Assembly (NCBI GenBank): GCA_040437565.1
Contig: JBDOQK010000041.1
Location: 186,001 to 250,000 of the forward strand
DNA length: 64,000 bases
Direction of reading: 5' to 3'
Source of the DNA: Albugo candida
Lineage: Eukaryota
Positions 59,401-64,000 of the stretch are shown piece by piece; position 1 is the first letter of the stretch; each line of letters starts with the position of its first letter. Under the pieces are notes generated by a model, which was not told where the DNA came from, ran no database searches, and saw only the letters and a list, made by a program, of their open reading frames with translations. The position numbers and the translations under genes are program-made.

Positions 59401-61186
59401 CCTACAAACCAACCTGAGCTCATTGAAGAGCGTGAAAGTCAAGTACAATAAAAATGCCGCAGCCTTTAAAGCTGACACCAGAAAAATCCTTGACAGCTTT
59501 AAGCAACGAAACGAAAAAGAAGTTATGAGGATGGATACGATGTTGAGAGACTATATCGATCATTGTCGGAAGCGTGCCTTCCAAGAGGACACAATCACAG
59601 GCATAGCCTCCGACCATGACTATCACCTGCACGAAATCAACAACCTTGAGATAGCGTTGGTCGCATTTGCAAAGAAAGTAGATACTGGATTTCATCAACA
59701 AAGATTGTTTCTCTTAGATACATTGGAACAGACTAGAGAAGAGATACTTAGCAAGAGTAGCAACTTTGAGGAGCGATATCGAGCAGTATATCAGAACTTG
59801 GAGCTGAAAGGAGGCCTGGGTCTCAAGTTTGGACACCCAAAACGGAACGCACAAATCAAGTTCTGGTCTGAAGTCCACCGTACTGATCGTGATGTCGACG
59901 ACATCGATAACCTATTGCAGAATACAAACACAAAGCTCAGCTTTTACTTGAAAAGTGAACAAACGGAAAGTGAAGGGTTTGTATTCATATCGGATACTTT
60001 TCGTAAAATGTGTATCTTGCGGTCAAAGTTTTACTATCGCGGCGTTTACTTTCATTTGTTGAAGTGCAAAGTACAATTGAAGCCAAAATCTGTACACTTT
60101 CTGCTTCTTTACCCAAATGAGCAGTACCTGATGAATACAGAAGTAGAAATGTTCAACACGGTCAAATTTGTGGATGAAACGTCGTCAATACAGGACGATG
60201 ATTGTATGTACCCGCTCAACTCTTCCTTCTCGCTTTTATTTGAGGAAATCAAAGCCAATTTGGTGGAGGAGACATGGAAGATGTATCACGACGAAGGTAG
60301 ATCAGCCGATTTAAGCGAATATCCGGATGGATGTCCTCCGTCTTTGAACGAGTATCTGAGCGAAACACAGCTAAAATTTCAAGCAGTAATACGACACCGT
60401 AAGGCACAGTATCAACAAGAGATCAATACATTTCGCAATATTCTCGAGCTCGCAATTGATGCGATTTTCCAAATTGTTTTGGAAAACTCGCGTGCCTGGA
60501 TGTCTAACGTAGAAGAAGTTTACACGCAGCAGGTCCAATCGACAAATGACTCTCTGAAGACTGTGGACTCTGTGGAAACAGTACATAATGCCGACAACCA
60601 GGCTGTGCGGACGTTCTACAGAGTATTTCTCGTGTTCGAGCACAACGTATCAGCAGTCTCTGAAGCATTTTTGAGTCTATTGGATTCCTGTGTTCTGGAT
60701 GAGCACGATCTCGTAATAGCGCAAGATGACCCTCCCATTGAACGGAAAAGAAAATCATTAAGAAAATTGCAGAAATTGGCACAAATAGCCGAATGTGGAG
60801 ACAAGCGTGAAGTGCCGCATTCACTTCAAGAGTTGGACATGTGGAAGAAAGCTGGAGAATCACCCCGTTTTTCAAAACGAGCAATATCACCAATACCAGA
60901 GTCTGTACCTCGACAAAGCTTGGAGAAACACATTCAACCAGAACAACTTGATAGTATTTTGGAGGGTATCGATCAAGAAATTCTCAAACTTCCCGGAGTA
61001 AGAGATCATGGATCTGGGACTAGCGCTATTTTATCTACACCTCTTCATCGCAAGGTGATTAAATGTCGCAATGAATCTCACTTTTTCTTCACAGCACATG
61101 CTTCTGCAATCATTGCACGATTGTCAAGTAAGTTTAGTAGAAGCAGTGTCCAAAATCAAAGTAGTATTAGCACGGAATTCGCTTAA
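56432..61186 (+). CDS. Large coiled-coil protein, CCDC180/CFAP76-like (DUF4455/DUF4456), 1584 aa
   Basis: Single long ORF. N-terminal E.RR...L....L..I....P..IER.VEKEAY..N...L.N pattern and GLGLKFGHPKRNAQ resemble CCDC180 family members (from recall). Confidence 0.7.
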   Translation: MTVDTQEQALSEQSTRNVEDLKQFYHESPAVQTGSILRNGAKYSFERRRIQHTEAQETYNEAVRLSNHDFEELIISECTKSKDKLEGFDERLSAEFLAFEDTSFIFSANYEDVLSAWAECEATYQKRSNEIENLSTILESTEHRRSRVVSKELQRYTEILLEIEYVLPSAIERIVEKEAYKSNVVVLRNLQQYTSLIEKLLSANVDALRNARVLWEGGRRRWRQSYHNRQIDQLKTSLMSSDFLFSREMQQTLEIWRADVEIIHSDNRLRVLSEMQNVGAYLTVDKIQAVRTQMASFDVDENGLNERCFKSIRLIQDQQKRALRKHCENTRQALHQCTGIFHSTELSKCKQRLEVYLQDKTFAEFFQMAGDLRLVLDTVSNSLEDSKVISHAELLRLTDLLDVIANALTSLILEKDHENILQSVKCLLETLRENEGNDLMEDLLTLGTHLDSLQKLPDLHISSSRELSQIQNDLNFALGSNKVEETDNKLLAATLKNTPIHENATMDPKIIYDIRRRLSIFVYSSGLEEEFHKLLLYIRHQLLQQQRALELSNDAILPYETSILSTSEEDGKAIQTFIVATQTKNKAIQIGLERYICFIHDIAASKEAMQEDIEWVSSSVASLLRSTMEGNARDLQILENNFNKASLLLRHAPDACSLDRELKEVTDINTHFEDAYRSYDFHIKCVAPIQYQASQAILHRYLQFLVKHIRLVVEAGLEVENIEISASRSSLEKLFLPSEIEEMVARIQISSSSEADATEANSSQSDLINRRSQDDAEKTNFKQYLHRLRNFRDLDRTNAMSDLLRALLFESGTDQVPSERLQHFDGNTIITEDIASEVRSESAGDESNECVIFFKRNLDFRLPKKLLPDGVVLSMLEKYCEDISIQLDDFSNNVFQSIELAELERANECKILLDAMLNENCRRKAKAETEMYQTRIAELAKHQDHFENFMSRISKKLGELQKSFLATSHEIHDQFEKYRVLQLSLQTCLPLQTNLSSLKSVKVKYNKNAAAFKADTRKILDSFKQRNEKEVMRMDTMLRDYIDHCRKRAFQEDTITGIASDHDYHLHEINNLEIALVAFAKKVDTGFHQQRLFLLDTLEQTREEILSKSSNFEERYRAVYQNLELKGGLGLKFGHPKRNAQIKFWSEVHRTDRDVDDIDNLLQNTNTKLSFYLKSEQTESEGFVFISDTFRKMCILRSKFYYRGVYFHLLKCKVQLKPKSVHFLLLYPNEQYLMNTEVEMFNTVKFVDETSSIQDDDCMYPLNSSFSLLFEEIKANLVEETWKMYHDEGRSADLSEYPDGCPPSLNEYLSETQLKFQAVIRHRKAQYQQEINTFRNILELAIDAIFQIVLENSRAWMSNVEEVYTQQVQSTNDSLKTVDSVETVHNADNQAVRTFYRVFLVFEHNVSAVSEAFLSLLDSCVLDEHDLVIAQDDPPIERKRKSLRKLQKLAQIAECGDKREVPHSLQELDMWKKAGESPRFSKRAISPIPESVPRQSLEKHIQPEQLDSILEGIDQEILKLPGVRDHGSGTSAILSTPLHRKVIKCRNESHFFFTAHASAIIARLSSKFSRSSVQNQSSISTEFA

Positions 61187-61232
61187 AATACGAAAACACA
61201 GATGCATCCAATACATTTACCATTGCAGTTGT

Positions 61233-63028
61233 ATGAATGTAACGTTACGCCTGTCTGAGCCGAGCACAATCTTAATGAATCACGGGTATGACAATGAGAG
61301 CGCGACAGAATTCGAATCAACTCATTTGCCCGCCTACCTTTTGGCTTTACCGATCTACAAGGATGCCGCATCACCGCTTTTAGGAGAATATCGAGAAAAT
61401 AGGCGATCGCAGATAGCACACTCATTGATACATAAGCAAAATGGCGAAGAAGTTCAAATGATACCAGCGGCAACTTCCCGCCACGTCGGATCAATCATCC
61501 GAGCATCATTCATTGCTAATATCGTACGTGTCATCAGTTCGCTTGCTTGACTACAAGATCTGTTCTACTTTGCGTTTTAGCTTTTGGCGTGCGGCAAATT
61601 GTATGCTGCGATAAGTAGTGGTTCTCTGTCAGTATTGTCGTCATTGGTAGATTCGATACTCGATTTGACTTCGCAAGGACTCTTTTGGTTTTCTGATAAA
61701 CGAATGCNNNNNNNNNNNNNNNNNNNNNNNNNNNNNNNNNNNNNNNNNNNNNNNNNNNNNNNNNNNNNNNNNNNNNNNNNNNNNNNNNNNNNNNNNNNNN
61801 NNNNNNNTTTTGGCTTTACCGATCTACAAGGATGCCGCATCACCGCTTTTAGGAGAATATCGAGAAAATAGGCGATCGCAGATAGCACACTCATTGATAC
61901 ATAAGCAAAATGGCGAAGAAGTTCAAATGATACCAGCGGCAACTTCCCGCCACGTCGGATCAATCATCCGAGCATCATTCATTGCTAATATCGTACGTGT
62001 CATCAGTTCGCTTGCTTGACTACAAGATCTGTTCTACTTTGCGTTTTAGCTTTTGGCGTGCGGCAAATTGTATGCTGCGATAAGTAGTGGTTCTCTGTCA
62101 GTATTGTCGTCATTGGTAGATTCGATACTCGATTTGACTTCGCAAGGACTCTTTTGGTTTTCTGATAAACGAATGCATACGCCCAGTAGCAGGTATCCTG
62201 CTGGTCGTCGTCGTTTGGAACCTATTGCAGTCATTATATCTGCAACGTTGATGGGGATGGCAGCTTTAGAGGTGATTCAAAAAGCGGTAGAAACGTTAAT
62301 AATCGGCTACGAAGGTACCCTGCCAAGTATCAATATGACTCAACTCACGATAGCAGTCCTACTTTTTGCAATTTCAACTAAAACAATCCTTTGGTATCTT
62401 TGCTACCGCATTGGCCTGACTTCACCAACAGCAAAAGCTCTAGCACAGGTTTTCAACTCGTATCGTAACAATTCAAAGCAAACTAAAGTGCACATTTTTG
62501 TAGGACCATCGGAACGACGTACTAAGCAACATCGCTGCTGTTATCACATCCCTCACAACCAAAGTACATGAGAATCTATGGTATGTTGACTCCGTCGGAG
62601 CGATTTTGATTTCGCTATACATCGCAATCAGCTGGCTCGCGACAGGATCAGAGCAAGTTCAACGTCTCGTAGGCTTGCGTGAGTGCGAAGGTTTCATTTG
62701 ATCCCGATATAAGCTAAACGCGTTTTCTATAGAGGCTGACCCGGTCTTTATTGAGAAACTCCGAGATTTTACTAACAACCATCACCCACAAATGCAAGCT
62801 GACATAATACGAGCGTATCATTTTGGAAGTAATTACCTGGTGGAAGTGGAGGTGATACTACCAGAAAAGATGTCTGTACGGGAAGCTCATGACATTAGCT
62901 TAGACCTACAAAAGAAGATTGAGGAGTTTGACAGTGTAGAGCGGGCATTTGTACATGTCGATTATTTAGCCAGAGGATATGACGAGCATAAAGACCCAAC
63001 ATTGCGTCGGTCTACTTCGAGCTGTTAG
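61233..63028 (+). CDS. Cation diffusion facilitator, Mn-CDF (MTP8/MTP11-like), 4 exons; 469-bp gap artefact inside
   Basis: SGSLSVLSSLVDSILDL (DxxxD), YPAGRRRLEP, AQDHRNDV, RAYHFG..YLVEV, AHDI...LQ.KIE....VERAFVHVDY. 61339-61707 is duplicated at 61808-62176. Confidence 0.92.
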
Positions 63029-63521
63029 GGAAAACTCTATAATGATACTCCTTGCACATGATTTATCCGTCAACTCTGAGAGACCGCAAACATTTTTGTC
63101 ATCTCAATTATAATTCAATGGCACCGCGATGTCAACGAAGTGAAATGTATGTAAACGTTGATCAATGCCGAGGCGAAAGTCCACTGCATTTTCATTTGTA
63201 ACTAGAACCGATTTCTCTTATCATTATATTACTTTGGGATATGCATTTTGTACGCATGTCTTCAAAGTGCCTCAAACCTCAGAGACGGTCTCGTCCAGAA
63301 CACCAACTAGCATTAAAAAGATAGCTGGTGTATCGGAAGTACGATAATTTGCCATAACAAATCTTCGCTTCGGCAGTACGATGATGGGAAAGTGAATAAA
63401 GTCATCATATATTGCACAGTGATGCAATACAATACTGCCCACCAGCTCTCGACCAATTTGCGGTCTTTTGTAACATATAAATAGCACGGTGAACAAAAAA
63501 GCTTCGCTCAGACTATGATCA

Positions 63522-64000
63522 ATGAGCGGGAATGAATCCAATTCCCCGACTAGCGACATTGATGACAAAAATGCTGTTTCTTCCCAAGACTTTAAAGTAA
63601 GTGAGACTCTAGAGTCAAGAACGAAAAGCAGCAGCAATATCGAGGAGGATGGCGAAAGCGATTCTACTGATCATAGAATTGGCAAAAACAAGGTACCGAC
63701 TTGCAAATGTTCTGACCAAGAATTCGAACAGCAAAAAGAGGCGGAAAAAGGTTCTACGTTATCGTCACAAGTGATAAAGTTGAAAGAGGAGATCAAGAAA
63801 CATAAGATACTTTTAGAAGCGCTTGCGCCTGTCCCTGGTTTGGATAGGAATGTTTTGGAAGCTGTACTTCTCGAGGGGGACGCGATGAATCATGATCTTC
63901 GAGATGTGAAAATCGTCCATCAAGCAAAACAATTGCGTCAACTGAAGCAATTGATACAAAAAGAGCAACGACTCGCACATAATGCTCTCAATTCCATAAA
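63522..64000 (+). CDS. Coiled-coil protein, possibly CCDC13-like; 3' end beyond the window
   Basis: Open frame from ATG 63522 to the window end (MSGNESNSPT...DLRDVKIVHQAKQLRQLKQLIQKEQR). Absent from the ORF track because it has no stop. Confidence 0.6.
   Translation, partial: MSGNESNSPTSDIDDKNAVSSQDFKVSETLESRTKSSSNIEEDGESDSTDHRIGKNKVPTCKCSDQEFEQQKEAEKGSTLSSQVIKLKEEIKKHKILLEALAPVPGLDRNVLEAVLLEGDAMNHDLRDVKIVHQAKQLRQLKQLIQKEQRLAHNALNSI

Overview
Eukaryotic, intron-containing draft-assembly sequence from a flagellated oomycete. Albugo is the most likely source (short 50-60 nt introns, tight gene packing, a CxxCxxxxxG 'CCG' effector motif, oomycete-type Crypton), but the organism is inferred. Intact genes: 3' end of a 2-oxoglutarate dehydrogenase E1, MED20, NOT1 (about 2291 aa once a gap artefact is collapsed), PDK1, an RNF4-like SIM-RING ligase, IQCH-like, a PH-domain/Qbc-SNARE fusion, CCDC180-like, a Mn-CDF transporter and the start of a coiled-coil gene. 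Two accessory blocks (about 1.1-23.4 kb and 34.3-45.2 kb) hold decayed MULE, IS630/Tc1/mariner, Crypton and copia fragments, two TSD-flanked copies of a tRNA-derived SINE, MITEs and decayed CCG-like effector genes. The most unusual signal is a dispersed kinesin family: at least four independently decayed relics in 36 kb. Two keep their promoter and introns, the family has a 24-aa repeat coiled-coil tail, and one copy carries a tandem triplication of the switch I/II segment. All nine gaps are 100 N; eight are flanked by exact direct duplications that are most likely unmerged contig overlaps, so the apparent gene duplicates should be collapsed.
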